NCBI GenBank assembly: GCA_030390025.1
Contig: CM059425.1
Coordinates: 53,134,001 to 53,198,000 of the forward strand
Length of the DNA: 64,000 bases
Direction of reading: 5' to 3'
DNA from: Squalus acanthias
Taxonomy: Eukaryota
Positions 11,445 to 25,880 of the stretch are shown here, one piece after another. The first letter of the stretch is position 1; each line of letters begins with the position of its first letter. A program made the translations under genes and the position numbers. The notes beneath the pieces were generated by a model. That model saw nothing but the letters and a program-made list of their open reading frames with translations. It was not told the origin of the DNA and made no database searches.

Positions 11445-14400
11445 GAAAAAGCAGTATGTTCGAAACGCTGCAACAGCTGGTTCAGATGACTTGGCAGAGA
11501 TTTATGTTGGGGGTTAAAATATTGATGACTAACTTTTTTTAAGAGTGCTCTTTAAAGGTTTGAATAAAAGCAGTACAGCCAAGTGAAAGTTGTATTTTAA
11601 ACAGCATATTAAATTGGGTTGTGACAGAAAATTTCAACTCTCCTGGTCTAATAACTGGGAAAAGTAACAATTCAAGTGAAGTATAGGTTAAATCATGAGT
11701 GGGAATACTTTTCATCTATGGTCTTTTACCCTATGCAGATGTCTCTATCACATGCTGCCTTTTAAGTGACCCCTCATTTATTTGTAATAGTAACTATTGT
11801 GAGAGTGGAGGGTCCTTCAATATATTCCATTAGATACTAGATATTTTTCTGAAGCTTTTTAAAAAAATATCTAGCTTTGTGAATCATTGACCGGTAAATA
11901 TTAAACTTTAAATAAGAGGTTAAAGATGTCAGGAATTTTTTACCTCCTTTGCTGTAATTTTATAGCTCAAAGCTCTGTGTTGGCTGCTTTGCATGTATAT
12001 TGTATCCAGCATGGCCTTCATTGAGCTATGGAATACAGAGTCCTATCATTACTGCCAGAACTGCCCTATTTAATTTTTATCATCTTGGGGAAAAATATGT
12101 AAAAGAATAAATGAGTCACAACTAGCAAGATAAACCAGTTCTGTGACATGGGTAAAATAAAAGGGTAGAGGAGGGAAGTGGTTCATTGCTGGGACTGAGG
12201 GTTTAGTAGGAAAACATTTCAGTAGCCACCTTGTAATAGGGAAAATATTTCTGGTTATTACCCATAGCTGTGGTATAAAGGTGTATCTGTAAGGAGGGAA
12301 AGGGTACAATTTGTATGCTTGAATCAATCTTAAGCTCCTATGTTAACTGTAGTAGATTCATTCTCATCATTCAATTAAAAGTCCGACACTTCTGGAGAAA
12401 AATAATCCTGCACCCCAGAAGTGCACCTTTTTATGATCTACCATCACATTACTGAAGTTACCAAACAAATCGTGGTTGTGCATTTTCTCATTTTTGTTTT
12501 ACCTGCAGGGATGTATTTGTAAAAACTGCTATGCAGTGACAAAAAAAACTTTTGTATAGAATAAATTTAGACAGTTAGAAAATTTTTTGAAACCAAGTTT
12601 TCAAGAAGAGGAGTTGTAATGGATAAGTTATCCTGAAGGCAGCTGTGATACTTGTGAAACTAATGTCTACAAAATGTGCAGGCTAGAGCCAACAGAGCAT
12701 ATTATTTTTAGTGTGGTTAACACATATTGAGTGTTCTCTGGATTTGAAAGCATTGCATTTGTTTGTTTTTAAACAAATGTTTAGTCCAAAATCTGGAGCA
12801 CAATAACACTACTGAACACTGTTTAGGATGGAATGCAGCTATTTCTAATTTTGCAGGTATTCAAATAAAAAAAAGTTCATTTTGTTTTATTTGAAAGGAA
12901 ATAATTTTAAAACAAAAACATTTGAATTTAAAAATAGCATGTAAAGTGAGAATTTTCTGTCTGCTAATCTTTATCACAGCACTGCTGTCACATCATCATA
13001 AATTTGTTAATCACCAATAGTTGTCCTATACACTGCATTACACTTTGCTAAAGGAATTTTAAAAAAACTTATGAAAAATAATTATTAGAAAGATTTTAGT
13101 TCTTGAATACTGAAAGCTTTTTATATCTTTCAAAATATGTAAATATTCTCTTGCTTCTGGCATAAAGCAGAATTATGTGGAGCTGAGCATTTTTTATGAA
13201 TAGCATTCTTTAACCTATTATAAATCTGTTTTCCAATTATCTATTGTATGACTCACAGCTTGGGGATGGCTGAGTCTGGCTAGATAAGGAAATAGACTTT
13301 AAAAAGGAGTCTTACTGCTCAGTTTATGTAGATTTTGTGTGTCGTAGATCGGGAGTATTGTCTTTAATATCAAAAAAATAAAGGTTTAACTTGATAATGC
13401 CAATGTACAGAACTGGATATGCTCTGAAAAAGAGTTGTCAAATGTAGAATACTATTACCAGGAGTTGAACAGCATTTCAGTGCAACACCAATCCTGAATT
13501 TGCCCACTGTTTTATTTTCGCATGTAAATGTTCCCGGAATCCCCAAATATTTAATGGAAACAACCCAACAGTGAGCAAAACATTCCATTATCTAATTGTT
13601 TCTATTAAGCGAACACTATAGGATATGTGGGAAATTGATGCCTGAGTAAATATTGTCTGTTTAAACAAAAGTGCTCTTTAAAAGGGTGCCCATTAACTGA
13701 CATCTCCTGTGCTAAAAATGGCAAGTGACGGAGCTTGCTTCATGAATATTTCCCCTTCTGTTGTTTTTTGTATCCCTGTATCACATTGTTTCCGGTTGAG
13801 AAAGAAGATGGGCAATCTTCTCCCTGGTAGCCAGTGCTACTTCATAACCATCTGTTACAAGGTGCAGAAGACTGCACAAGATGACTTATCCACTTATCTA
13901 TCTTTTTTAGTTTCTTATTAAAGCAATTTAAGTTTATAAAAGATATAATTTTATATGTACTGTATGTGTTTATTGAGCTGCTTGCGGCAGCTGTGTGCAA
14001 CCACTCTGTTGTAATCCCTGCTGTGAATAAGATTCACTTCTTGCGATTGACTCCCATCTCTACATTATGGAGTATTTAAGAACAAGGAAACACTGGGAGC
14101 AGGCCAGCTTATTTCTGGTTTTGCTAACTGTCTCCATCTGTGTGTCTCGTTTTGTTACAGCCTTTGGCACACTTTGCAAGGTGGTGTAGCTGTGGCCTAA
14201 TCATATGGTCCACATCAAATCTGTGAAATTTTGATCCGTTTGTGACATTTCCACGTACATAAAATTAGTTTTGTCATGGCTATTGTAATATTTGTGGTTG
14301 CTGTACCAATGTTTACTATCAGATAATCTCAAGGATCTAGTTACAACATGGAATAAAGGGGAGGCGAATCAGTATGGAGTCTGTAGGACTTTTATTCATA

Positions 14401-17400
14401 AGACCATCCTACAATAGATTTTTTTTTTGTGTTTCACCTAAACTAAGTTAATCGGAGCTGAACTTAAACTGCTGGAATAGATCTTGTTCCACTTCTGATT
14501 TGACTTAATTTCCAACTGTGAGTATTGAGACAAAAAAGTGTTGACAATTATGAACCTGCCTTTTTAATTTCTGGAATATTTAAAACTACAATACAAATTT
14601 AATACTGTTTTACTTTTTGCCAGATGATGAAATGGTGCTAGAACATGAGGTTATGTTTTAAAAATGCACAATAATTTCACAGAATAAATAGGCAGGGATT
14701 GAAAAACACAGTTGTTAGCTACAGTCTTTTTGTGCATTCTGTTGCTGATTGAAACACATTTGCTGGTATTTCTCTACAATTTGTATAACATATTCACTTA
14801 GTTTCTGTATGTGTGTTATATTAGGTTTTTCTCACTTTTGTCACTTGTTTTGTTGCTGAGCATGTAGATATGTTGCAGTGTAGCTTGGTGCATGTTTTCC
14901 ATGCTAACGGCAAGCCCTTCTATGTGATTGAAAACTCTGGGACAGCGAAAGGAATGTGGACACAGATGGAATTAACTATGCTTGACTGGTTACTGGACCA
15001 GACAGTCATGTGATGTAGCCTTCATTCCCAGTGGCGTTCCTGAAGGAACAGTTGTTATTGGTACATGTTACACGTCTGTGCTGCTGTAAGTCAGAGAAAC
15101 AATCCTCTACTGTCATCAAGCTCCCTCCATTGAGCAGAGATGAATGTCTTCTTACAATTCCTGCATTGTACAGTAATCCACAAGTGTGCATAGTAATCTA
15201 TTTGAAGAATTTTTTTTCTAGGGGCTGTTGCAATCAAGATTACCATTGGTATATGCCAGTGATATTTAGGATCATCTTCTGTAGAGTAAGAATGATGGTG
15301 TAATAACTACTACAAATGCTGATTTAAGTATTTGGGGATTGGGAATAAACAGATTCATATCGGGGCATAGAAATGACCAATGAAAATAATTAAATACTTT
15401 TACTTTAAAAAAAACTTTTATTTTGGTAGTTAATCGCTTTGAAACTTGCTACTTTTTGTTCACATTTGACTGATGCAGTTTTTCTGCTACAGCCCAAAAC
15501 ATTTATGTGAATACATCAATATTTGTGTACATGTTTGTGAGTTTACTTACAATTTCTACCAATGTACAAGATTTAAAACATAAAATATATTACTTTGGAA
15601 ACCTTGTTGTAGGCAATATGTAAAAATATATTTTCTGCACTTTTTAGTTTTTTTTTTACTAAAACATTTCTATAGCGAGCATTTTAATTTATTGAACTTG
15701 CACATCTTTGGTGTCTATATGGATTTAAAAGCTTTCATTTGAAAGAACTGCACTTTTCATGCAGTGTAAACTGTAAATAACTAAAATACGAAGAAATAAC
15801 AATACTTTTAACTGGAAAAAAGTGTTCAGTGACGGTGAAATGATTGGTCACACCCTTCCCAAATGGGAAAAAGAGTCTTATTTAAAGGTGCATTTTATGT
15901 TCCATTTGTAAATTATTTATAGAATAAAACCAAATCATATATTGCATCAAAGGGTCACAACTCCAGTAGTGAGAGTACTTATCACACATTTCAGAGCTCT
16001 GTGGATTTGATCATTTGAACGTGCACAAACAAAACAGAAAAGGTTCCTACTTAGATTCAAAGTTAGCCTTAAGTTAAAGCATTTAAAACAGATACATTAT
16101 CCAATTGGAAGTATTATTCACAAATCATTTCAATGTTAATTGATGCTTCTGAGGGCTCGCACGTCTGCATAGTGACAGAGGAGAAACCGAATAGCAGCTC
16201 CTTTGTGACTGTCATGCTGCAAAGACTAATTCTGTCGTGGCTTTATTTTTAGCTGCTCTATATTCTGGCAGCTGCTGTGCCTCTCATTTAAGTAGGCTTT
16301 TATTACTGTGGCATGTGAGTAGAATACCGCACAGTCTGAGAAATTGATTATTCTGCAGAATGATGCAGTGGAGGTTCGAGTGCAGGATGGCTGAGTGTTG
16401 AATTTCAAAGATGGCTTTGCTGAATTGGCACACAGATTTAATGGCTGACCCTCCCCTGCTATTTTGCTTCTCTTGACACACTAAATATATCGTGTGGCAG
16501 TTGCAAATGGGTAGTTGGTTGGTAGAAAGGAATACTGTTACATTTGTTTGGGAGTTGGGTAGTGCTGGTGGTTACACAACACTTTTGAACGCTGTCCTCC
16601 TGCGTATAAAGAAACAGACGAGAATATACTTATATTGCATAATGAGGATTGCTACAGGGTTTAAATAGCGTTGGTGATTGAACTACTGCATATAAATATT
16701 AGCAAATAATGTTAGTGTAGTAAAATGTACTGATTACCTGCACTGGCTACTGTGTTCATTAATATTATCACCGAGATTAATTAATTCATAGAAATTTTTG
16801 TTTTCATTTCTGTTACCAGACAGTCCCTCTTAAAAGTATTACACGGAAATGCATGACCATAGTTGTTTTTGCTTGATCTGGATTTGAGATAGAGCACCAG
16901 CTAAAAATACCAACACATTTCTGCTGTATCATATACCAGCTGGGGAATCTAATCTGGGAAAGTGTGATTTAATTCCCTGGGGCTAGAACATGGGAAGCAG
17001 ACTTCTTCAGAGCTTTCATTTCAGTCACCCTGTCTGAAAACCTTGTAAATTCAGCAAAAGCCATTGATTTAGGGTATTCTTGCAAAAGTAATTTCTATAG
17101 ATTTAATCTCTTTTCTGATTCATAATTTATTGATGGTGAAGGGAATTTAGGGGGAAAAGGGTCTGAATGTCTTTAGTGTGATCATTTCAGAGAATAGTCT
17201 AAGGGTTATTTTGCTTTTTTATGAACATCATTATATTGGTTTACATTGCTGCAGTTGTACATTATGTGTTGATGGAATTTGCAGAAGCATGCATTGTCTG
17301 TTGCTGTAGTTGTATGTACTCGGATAGTTGGGTTTTGTGCTTCAGAATTGTAGTCTTTGTGTTAGCTTTGTGTTGCAAAGAAACAATGAAAGGATTCGGA

Positions 17401-17624
17401 TAAAAACACATCTGTGGGAACTTGCAGTCCCACTGTAATTATTTCTCTGGGTTGTATGTTCTGTACTTTAACTCTTTCACTGACTAAAATCTGACTCCGA
17501 TTTTGTAGAAGTATTTGCATCTGTATTCTGTTTTGTATAGTTGATTAGCTTTGTATGCTTTTGTGTAAGTTATAAATGCAGCAAATTTTCAAAAAAAAAA
17601 TTTCAACATAACTAACATTCATAT

Positions 17625-18388
17625 TGGCAAGGAACCTGCGTTGAGAATAATAGTGAGACTAACAGCGCTCACTGTTATTACGGAGTAAATCGGACAGCCG
17701 GGGTACGCACATGAGCAGTTAAACGTGGAAATCCGGGAGTTGCGGTTCAAGTCACCCTACTCCTCCACAGGCTGCGCTACACCAGTACTTCGCTGATAGA
17801 CTCAGCATTGAAATCCACGTAAGGGCGTGAAGTTGCGGTACTTATCCACTAGTTACCCACTAAACACGGCAGAAAAAGTTAGGGCTGGTACATTCAGGTG
17901 TTAGTGAATTTTTAACGGTGTGATAATTCATAATTACTGCCGAACAACCTCTCTGGCACTGAAAAATTACTTTCACAAGAATGGAGTCTCATTCCTTCAG
18001 AATTGAATTCGTGCTGGAGATTTCAAAAAAAAATGTAGTACTGTAATTTATTTACTTTTTCTGCCTCTCTTTTATCTCTCTCTCTCTTAATCCCATCGTT
18101 CTTTCCCTCTTTTTTTTATTTTGCTTTCTATACATAATTTAAATCTAATTTATACTGCCTGGTTTAGATTCTGCGTGTCTCAGTGAATATTCTTCTGATT
18201 GGTTGAAGAGACACGCTGTTTCTTATCCTGCTCACACATGCCACAGATCCCCTGTAGAAGGCGCTGTGCTGGATCAGAAATCCAATGACAGCAAGTCTCT
18301 GCTAAAAGCCTGTGAAAACTGTGGGCAGCTGTCAGCGTAATGAACGGCGAGCGCCGTTCCTTCGCCGCAGACCGCAAAACCTGAGCCA
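17625..18388 (+). mobile_element. Non-autonomous DNA transposon (MITE-like, family A)
   Basis: Degenerate TIRs TGGC..TGCG / CGCA..GCCA with AT on both flanks; both ends align with 45019-45295 and 46831-47053. Confidence 0.75.
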
Positions 18389-21300
18389 ATATAAGTGTGG
18401 AGTTGAAAGTGGTGGTTTACACTTTCCGTGAGTAACAGGCACATGGAACCTAACATCATTTGTAACATCAATTACATCACGGGTATGATCACCATATGCT
18501 TAACTTCGTTATTTAAATAACTGTAGTAAGTGTGCCCAAAAAGCAGAAACTAGGCAACAAAATAATTTTCAAACAAGTAAAGCATTATATTCATTCATGT
18601 ATTGTATTAATAGAATATAAGCTGGGTGTGAGTAACTTAAATAGAGACAGAAGAAAACAAATAACTTGTGTCACTGCTGACATTACTCACTCCCGGTTGC
18701 AGTGCTCAAGAAGCAAGCAGCAGGTGCCCCTCAGTCGTTTATCTCCCGTAAGCTGCCAAATCCTTGATATATATTCTGTATTTATAAGTTGACTTTACAG
18801 GGGAGGCCTGGTGGCTTGAGCTGTGGAGCTTTGGACCCCAGCCAGATAATCACAAGCTTGAATCCCAGGCTTGGTTGATATTCAATCTCTTCTGCCTTTG
18901 TTGGTTCAAATTTGACCAGTTTTAGTTCTGGTTGCTGAATGAAGCTTAGTTGATGTCAATAAATCACAGAGCAACAGGAACAGCAGACATGAACATGTCT
19001 GCATCCCAGAGTATCATGTGCTGGCTCAAGGAGGAAGTGTGGCATTGGACAACAGCAGTTGGCTATTGCAGATGTTCAAGCATATGTAAAGTAATATTGC
19101 ATTGTTGGTTGCATCCCAGGGGTATTTGTTTTTTTGCAATGTTTACATGGTCTTCCTCAGTTTCTGCCAATGATCCACCTCGGTAACACATCTCATTAAA
19201 CACAATAAGCACAAAACAAAAAAATGCCTACTGATAGTTGTACATATGCTGCCATCTGCGGTATTTAGTTAGCAGCAATTTGCAGACAGATAAATACTTA
19301 TTATATTTGAAGATTACTCGTAGAGGTCAGCTTGTGCACTTGGTTGAAGAATGGATTGAGTTTGGATTCAGTGCTGATTCAGTCAAAAGAGGAAGAAGTA
19401 GATGCTTGAAATTTACAGAGAGAAGGAATATGAACATGAGTGAATTGAACAATGGAGTTCAGATGGCAGAAAAATTGGTATTCCGATAGCTTACATAGTG
19501 AGTGTTCTGTGAGGGAGCTTGGCTTGAGGCCAAGGACACAGAAGATAGTGAATTTAATTTTCTATTCCAGTAAGGAAAATCAAAGAATTAGAGTCACCTG
19601 GTAAGGACACGTTTCCTAATTCTCTACCTTATCTTGTTTCTTAAATGTTGACACCACCTCTTTCCTCCACCCCCCCCCCCCCCCAAAAAAAAAACCCCAC
19701 TGAAGTGACTAAAGGGACAAGTGTGCCAGGTGCTGAATGAAAGACACATCATTCACTACTGTAAAACAAAGAAGAAAACAGTGAAATCTAATATTAAGGA
19801 AAAATTAACAATTAAGACCACAATTGTGGAAAAATAAAGGGAAAAATATATATCTGCTAGGGACACAAAATTTAATTTGCCTCTCCTGCCTCGAGGAATG
19901 TCGGACAAATAAAATGTGGAGCTGCTGCTTGTTATTTTCATTTGAGATCCCTGGTTGAATTAGGAATTAGGCATTGTATTGAAATACACCTAAAAGTGGC
20001 ACAGAACAACTATGCTAAAAGAGATGATATGTGATAGAGAAAGTCCCAAACGCAAACTTCAGATACCGGTTTAAAGTTCATAGGTACGTTTCATTCTTGA
20101 TATTTTTTGCTGTGAAGCCCTGGAATACCAAGAACATCTTTTAACATTTTAAAACTAACAGTATATGTGTATTTTTGCCATTAAGGTTCAATATCTACCC
20201 AACAGTAAAGATGGCTGAAAAAGGTTTGAATTTCATATTTTGACTGTGTGTAATTTTTAACACTTGCTGTATAAGCGGGTAGACATAAAATCAAGATATA
20301 AAATTCAAAACTCAAGTCTTACCTAGAGACAGAAGCATATTTTGGAACAATGTCAAATATATTTGTCTTTAAGTAATCAGTTATTTTTTGCTAGGTTGCA
20401 GTATTGAATAAACAGCCTGTGAAATTTACCAATTGGTTATTTTTCTTTACCGTTTATAGAAACCCCGATCGAAATATAGCATTTCTCACAAACAGATTAT
20501 TTATGTCTCTGGATTCAGCCATGTTCAGTTTAAACAGGATCTTAATTAAGGAGGCTATTATTGCTGAACCTGTCCGTGATGCTAGGTAAAATTAATGATG
20601 AGGCCCTGGATCCCCCCCTCTTCCCCCCCAACCCATTTCTTAGCACTGTCACTGGTTAGTGCTTGAATGAGCAAACAGCTGTTCTTACTAATGGAAAATA
20701 CTATTCAGGTAAACAAGTCAAGGAAGCTCAATGCCTCGCTGTGAAATACGATTTTGTTTCCACATGAAGTAGAAACTGTGAATGCATTAGTTAGTTTCAT
20801 GGATGGAAATAATGAAACATATTTTACGGAAATAAACGTGTTGGGTTTCTGCTTCTTGTACTTGCTGTGTTATCAAGGTTTCCAAAAATATTTTTTTTCT
20901 TAAAGCTAGAAAACCATTGCAGGCTAAACTGTTGTGACAATCTTTTACCAATTGTGGGAAATATTTCCAAAATTGCTACTGATGTAAATATCATTAAATG
21001 AAATTCCTGCAATGTCTTTTCATCTGTGTGATTGCTAGTTTAAAAATATTATAGTTAAAGGGGGAGGTAAATCTAGGCCTCGCACTTTTTATTCTAAGTG
21101 TGCTCCAATCTTATACTGAAATATTTTTAAAAAAAAATTTCAAACATATAACCCACGAGGAAGCACGTGAGCTTGGGCCTCTAGCCCTGCTCAGCTGCTT
21201 TGTGACATCTCAACTGGGCATGTCCAGACTAACTGTGTAGAAAACAACGGCAGCCACAACTTCAGACTAATTTGAGGGCTGCTTCAGAACCATGGTACCC

Positions 21301-21789
21301 TCAGCAATCATGCTATTTTCTGTGAAATCTGCATGTCCAGGCAGTAACAGGGTTTCCTAAGGTCTCACAATTCCAGAGAGGTTCTCGGGCCAGTAAGTCA
21401 TGACCCCCATTGTTTTCAAAGGAAATTCTCATGGATACGTGCCTTCAGTGACATCAAGAAGTGGCTTTGCAGGAAGGAAGGTCTGACTTCATGCGTCTCC
21501 CAGTGGTATTGAGATTGATAGTTGTAATAAGGTGTGTCAAGATTTTTGTATATAATTTTTTCAGTATAAAGTGGAAAAGTTAGTGTCCTTCCCCACCTTG
21601 AATTAAAATCACTTCTGCACAACTTACTTTCCCACATGAGCTTAAATTCTGAATTTACCAAATATTTATGAAATTCTGAATTCCTGAATCAGTACTTCCA
21701 CTCTCTCTGATTTAAGATTATAAAGATGCAAATAGGCTTATTAATGTAAAGTTATTTGGATTATTGTAGTAAACTAATTAATATGCAAA

Positions 21790-22165
21790 CGTTGAAGCCT
21801 GGTTAGCACACTGTTCTTTCATTTCAGGGACCTCAATGTAGTCTAGAATGATGGGTTGAAAGTCTTTCTCTGTCCACTGAAGGGTTCCACATGAAATTAA
21901 TTTTAGTCGCCTCAACCCAGTTCCAAGTGGGTGTGGGCCCACACCATAAAACTGCCCTACATTGGCAGTCTCACTCAAAAGTACCATGAGGAAAATTGAT
22001 GTAGGAAATAGACTATCAATTGGTAAAGTAAGGAGTGCTCTTTTGAGTTTGATGTTAAAACACATTGGTGGGGGCAGAGTAGAGGGGATCTTGACTGTTT
22101 CTAACAGTGATGTACTTGGCCTGGAAGTGCTTGAAGCTGATTCCTGGTGCTCAAAATGGAAAAAT
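21790..22165 (+). mobile_element. LF-SINE-like ancient SINE relic
   Basis: Ordered motifs ATGAAAT..CTCAACCCAGTTCCAAGTGG..CCACACCATAAAAC..TTGGCAGTCTCA..CACATTGGTGGGGGCAG resemble the LF-SINE consensus as I recall it. Confidence 0.55.
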
Positions 22166-24195
22166 AGGTTCTATTCCCAGTATTGGCAACCTCTATTTTG
22201 ATGTGTATAAAAAAAGTAGCCATATTATTTGTTGATATACACAGGCATTGTGAGCAATTTTGCTCTAAATTTAAGGTATAACGTTTATTGAAAAATGCAT
22301 TGCTTCATTGTGACACATAGTTAAAAAAGCTTAAGATAGCCACTTTGTACCAAAATATTCTTTAGGATGGTCCTTTTTGAATAATAGTAAATGGTCCTGA
22401 GAAATTCTTTCATGTTTTTGGAATGTCTGCAGGATACTACAAGAGCTTGTACACATCTGGTATCTGGCAGGATGTAACAAGTGCCAAATAGTTTAAATTT
22501 TTTAAGAAAGGTTCAGCTTAGTCAGGAAATGGTTAATTGCTCCTTGAGACTGTATGTTTGGAATATAGCTACAGATTCTCCGATCAGTTTGGACCTATTC
22601 CCAATTGAAAATTGCTAGAGTGTTAAATGTTGAGAAAAATGGTTAGAGTGTGATAACTGATGATGCTGTTGAAATGATCATACAGGAGGAGTATGTTGCT
22701 GCAGCCTGTAGCATTTAGATATTAAACATTGTAATTTCTTTTTGGCTGTCTCCAATGTGCTCTCCATGACGTGTCCAATATTGTACTCTACAAATTTTCA
22801 CATTCTAATGGTTCTAATTTTGTAACTTTTTTGTTTAGATTTTTGTTTTTAAAACACGCAACAATGAAAGTTACAGATTTGACTCCTGTATCATTGAATG
22901 TATTGTTGCTTCTGGCAACCAGCCCTTCAGAAAGGATTGATTTATTCAGGAATGCAAGGGTACAAGAGCTCTAGCAAGGGCACTAGATAATTAACTTCTC
23001 ATGTACCAAAGTTTGTTTTGAACCGTGCTACTAAAAGTACCATTTGCACTATTGTATTTATTTTCTTATATAACTTACTGATTCTGATAATTGTACACAA
23101 TAGAGCTGGATGTAAATAGGAGTTGGTATCCTTTTCCACTGAAAGGTACAAATACACGAGTGGGTTATTACATTCCATTTGCATTAGTTGCAGCTTTATG
23201 GCAAACCATTTACAGACAATGATGTCAGCAATCTCTTTCAATGCCCGGGGCTTCTTGACTGGTAATGTGTGCAATCTAAAGCATTCCATTTTGGCAGATA
23301 AGCTGCTCAGGGCTAAGGCAGTGCTTCCTGGCTTCTTTGAACATAAACATGGGGAGTGAAGGCTTTTTTTTCTCTCTTTAATAGTTTAAAAAGATGGTTA
23401 TAATTTATTACATTTGCCAATTTATTTTCCTATTTCCCCCTCCTTTTAAGTTTCTGGGTTACTATAGTAACGTTCAATAGATAACCAAGATGGAAAACAC
23501 AGTGTGTATGACATTGTACTTTTATTAGTAAATATATAACAAGATATAAGGACATTTGAATACTTGCATGCCACTGTATATAAGGAAAATTTATGCATGT
23601 AACTGCAGTCAAATAAATTCTATTTTACAATTTAATCACTGATGTAGGACCTAGAGCTATTCTTTATTGCCAGCTTTCTGACAGAGTTTCATGTATCTTC
23701 ATTTAAGCAAAATAATAAAGTCCCAAGTATGTATTAAAACATTTTTTTCAGAACAGAAATATTTGACCTAACTACATGTACTTTGTTCAAGATGGATAAT
23801 ACAGATGATCAGGGATGTACAGTACAAGCCTGTTTTCAAACCCTGTTTTTGGCCCCAAGGTGGACAAAAAACTATTCTTAGACATCAGTTTGGGTCATTG
23901 AATACTGCCAGGACAGCATTCAGGTATATTTTGTGAGTCAGACTTTACAGATGAATGACAATCTCATACTAGGACATAGCCAAGGAGTGGTAGCTTTTTT
24001 CAGAAAAGGAAATATGTATGCAATTTGGATCAGAGGATGCAACCATATTAAGTTTCTAAAGGGAATTTCATCTATTTGTCTGTACTGTTTTTCCAAATGG
24101 AGGAAGCCTGTTGGTTTTTTCTACCGAGAGCCTTTCAAATATGTTACAATCTTGGCAAATGACATTTTCATTTTGTGGTTCAGGCATTTTGCTGG

Positions 24196-24260
24196 TCAAT
24201 TAGGGATGGGCAATAAATGCTGGTCTTGCCAGAGACGGCCACATCCCAGGAACGAATAAG
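24196..24260 (+). mobile_element. 3' tail fragment of the LINE family seen at 26550-28098
   Basis: CAATTAGGGATGGGCAATAAATGCTGG..CACATCCCA..GAATAA matches the reverse complement of ~26560-26610. Confidence 0.7.
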
Positions 24261-24297
24261 TGCAAAAGAAAGCTAAAACCTCAGGACCCTACATTTT

Positions 24298-24582
24298 AGA
24301 ATCATAGAAATTTTCAGCACAGAAGGCGGCCATTCGGCCCATTGTGTCTGTGCCTGCCAAAAAAGAGCTATCCAGCCTAATCCCACTTTCCAGCTCTTGG
24401 TCCGTACCCCTGTAGGTTACAGCACTTCAAGTGCATATCCAAGTACTTTTTAAATGTGAGGGTTTCTGCCTCTACCACCCTTTCAGGCAGTGAGTTCCAG
24501 ATCTCCACCACCTTTTGGGTGAAAAAAGTTCTCCTCGACTCCCCTCTAATTCTTCTACCAGTTACTTTAAATCTATGCCCCT
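24298..24582 (-). mobile_element. CR1 LINE 3' end fragment
   Basis: TAGAATCATAGAA tail and GGCCATTCGGCCC motif; minus strand encodes the CR1 ORF2 C-terminus (FFTQKVVEIWNSLP-like). Confidence 0.8.
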
Positions 24583-25514
24583 ACTTGGAGTAGCTAAGTA
24601 CTTGGAGTAATAGATTGTCTGTTATTCAACAGTTAAGTATTATGTACTGGTAGCTATTTGGAATGAAGTGTAGGTGAGATCAAAACTAGGTATAACAGTA
24701 AATTGAGGACCACTCGCTTAGATTACTTATCCGCTCTCTCCATGTATTACATTTTCTAGGTGTGTATAATTCTTTGAGAATTTGAGCTTTCAAAATGCAG
24801 CAGTAAAATGACAATGTTAACTCCAAATTCAATATAAAGTGAGTACTGGCTTTCTTGTGCTCTTCTACATCGGACCACAAATTCTGAAATTCTGTACATT
24901 ATTGGTTTTGTTGAAATGAGGCAGAAATGCTGCCACATTGTCTTTAAAATATGTGAAAGCTGAAAGGAAAAGGTATGGAATGTTAGCTAGTCAATCAAAT
25001 TCAGTAGTTAAGTGAACGATTGTCACAAATTAACCAGTACAGATTTCCCTTGCATAATCATTTAGCTTTAGAATTATTCTGTGTAATGTTTTCACAGGGT
25101 GTCCACTCATAGTTTTGTGCTGGCTCCACAGAACTCAGCTACATAAAATCGGTGTGCAGTCAATAGTAGGTGTTACATAGTCATCTGAAAACTCCTATGG
25201 AAATAATTAAGTAGTGTTTGAAAGCAACTCTAGAAATACTATTGGTTGCCTGAGAACACAATAAGCACCACCTGGATGCCTTAAGGTACAAATTCAAACG
25301 TATCTGTTTCAGCAATTAGGTTAGCTATTTTAATTTGTTTTAACCCTAGTCTGAATATTGTTTTTGTTTACCCTATTTTACGAACATGAAGTCATCTCTA
25401 AGAACTATTTTTTAAACTTTATATTACCAGTATTAAAGTTTAAAAAAAAATCCATATTCTAAATATTCTTATTAATGTTCTCCCTTTTACTGTAAATATT
25501 AATTTCTTGCTGGG

Positions 25515-25860
25515 GTGCAGGTATGTGGCAACAAGGTGTCCACCAATACTTATGCAAATGGCTATTATTTATGTGCGAGCCTAGGCACTGAGTGTCAAGA
25601 GGCTCTTGAATTTAACATCACAGCTGAGCCCAATTCTGCACACTTCCAGCAGGGGTCATTGAATAGCAATCAAGAGCTGGAACCCTGTCCAATTTTCCCC
25701 TCCCAATTCAGGGGTGCTGAGGCCAATTATAGTACTACTACTTCCTCCAGAGCTAAGATCGGCTAACTTAACACAGATCAGGGATCAAACCAAGGACTCT
25801 CCTAGTCTGTACAGCTCACCTACACACAGGAAAAACTTGCTGCGCCATTGGAGTAGCCCA
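25515..25860 (-). mobile_element. AmnSINE2-like tRNA-derived SINE
   Basis: CTTCCAGCAGGGGTCA..AGCAATCAAGAGC.GGAACCCTG..TTTTCCCCTCCC..GGGTGCTGAGGCCAATT, shared with five other copies in the window. Confidence 0.65.
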
Positions 25861-25880
25861 GAATGCTTCATGAGAATGAA

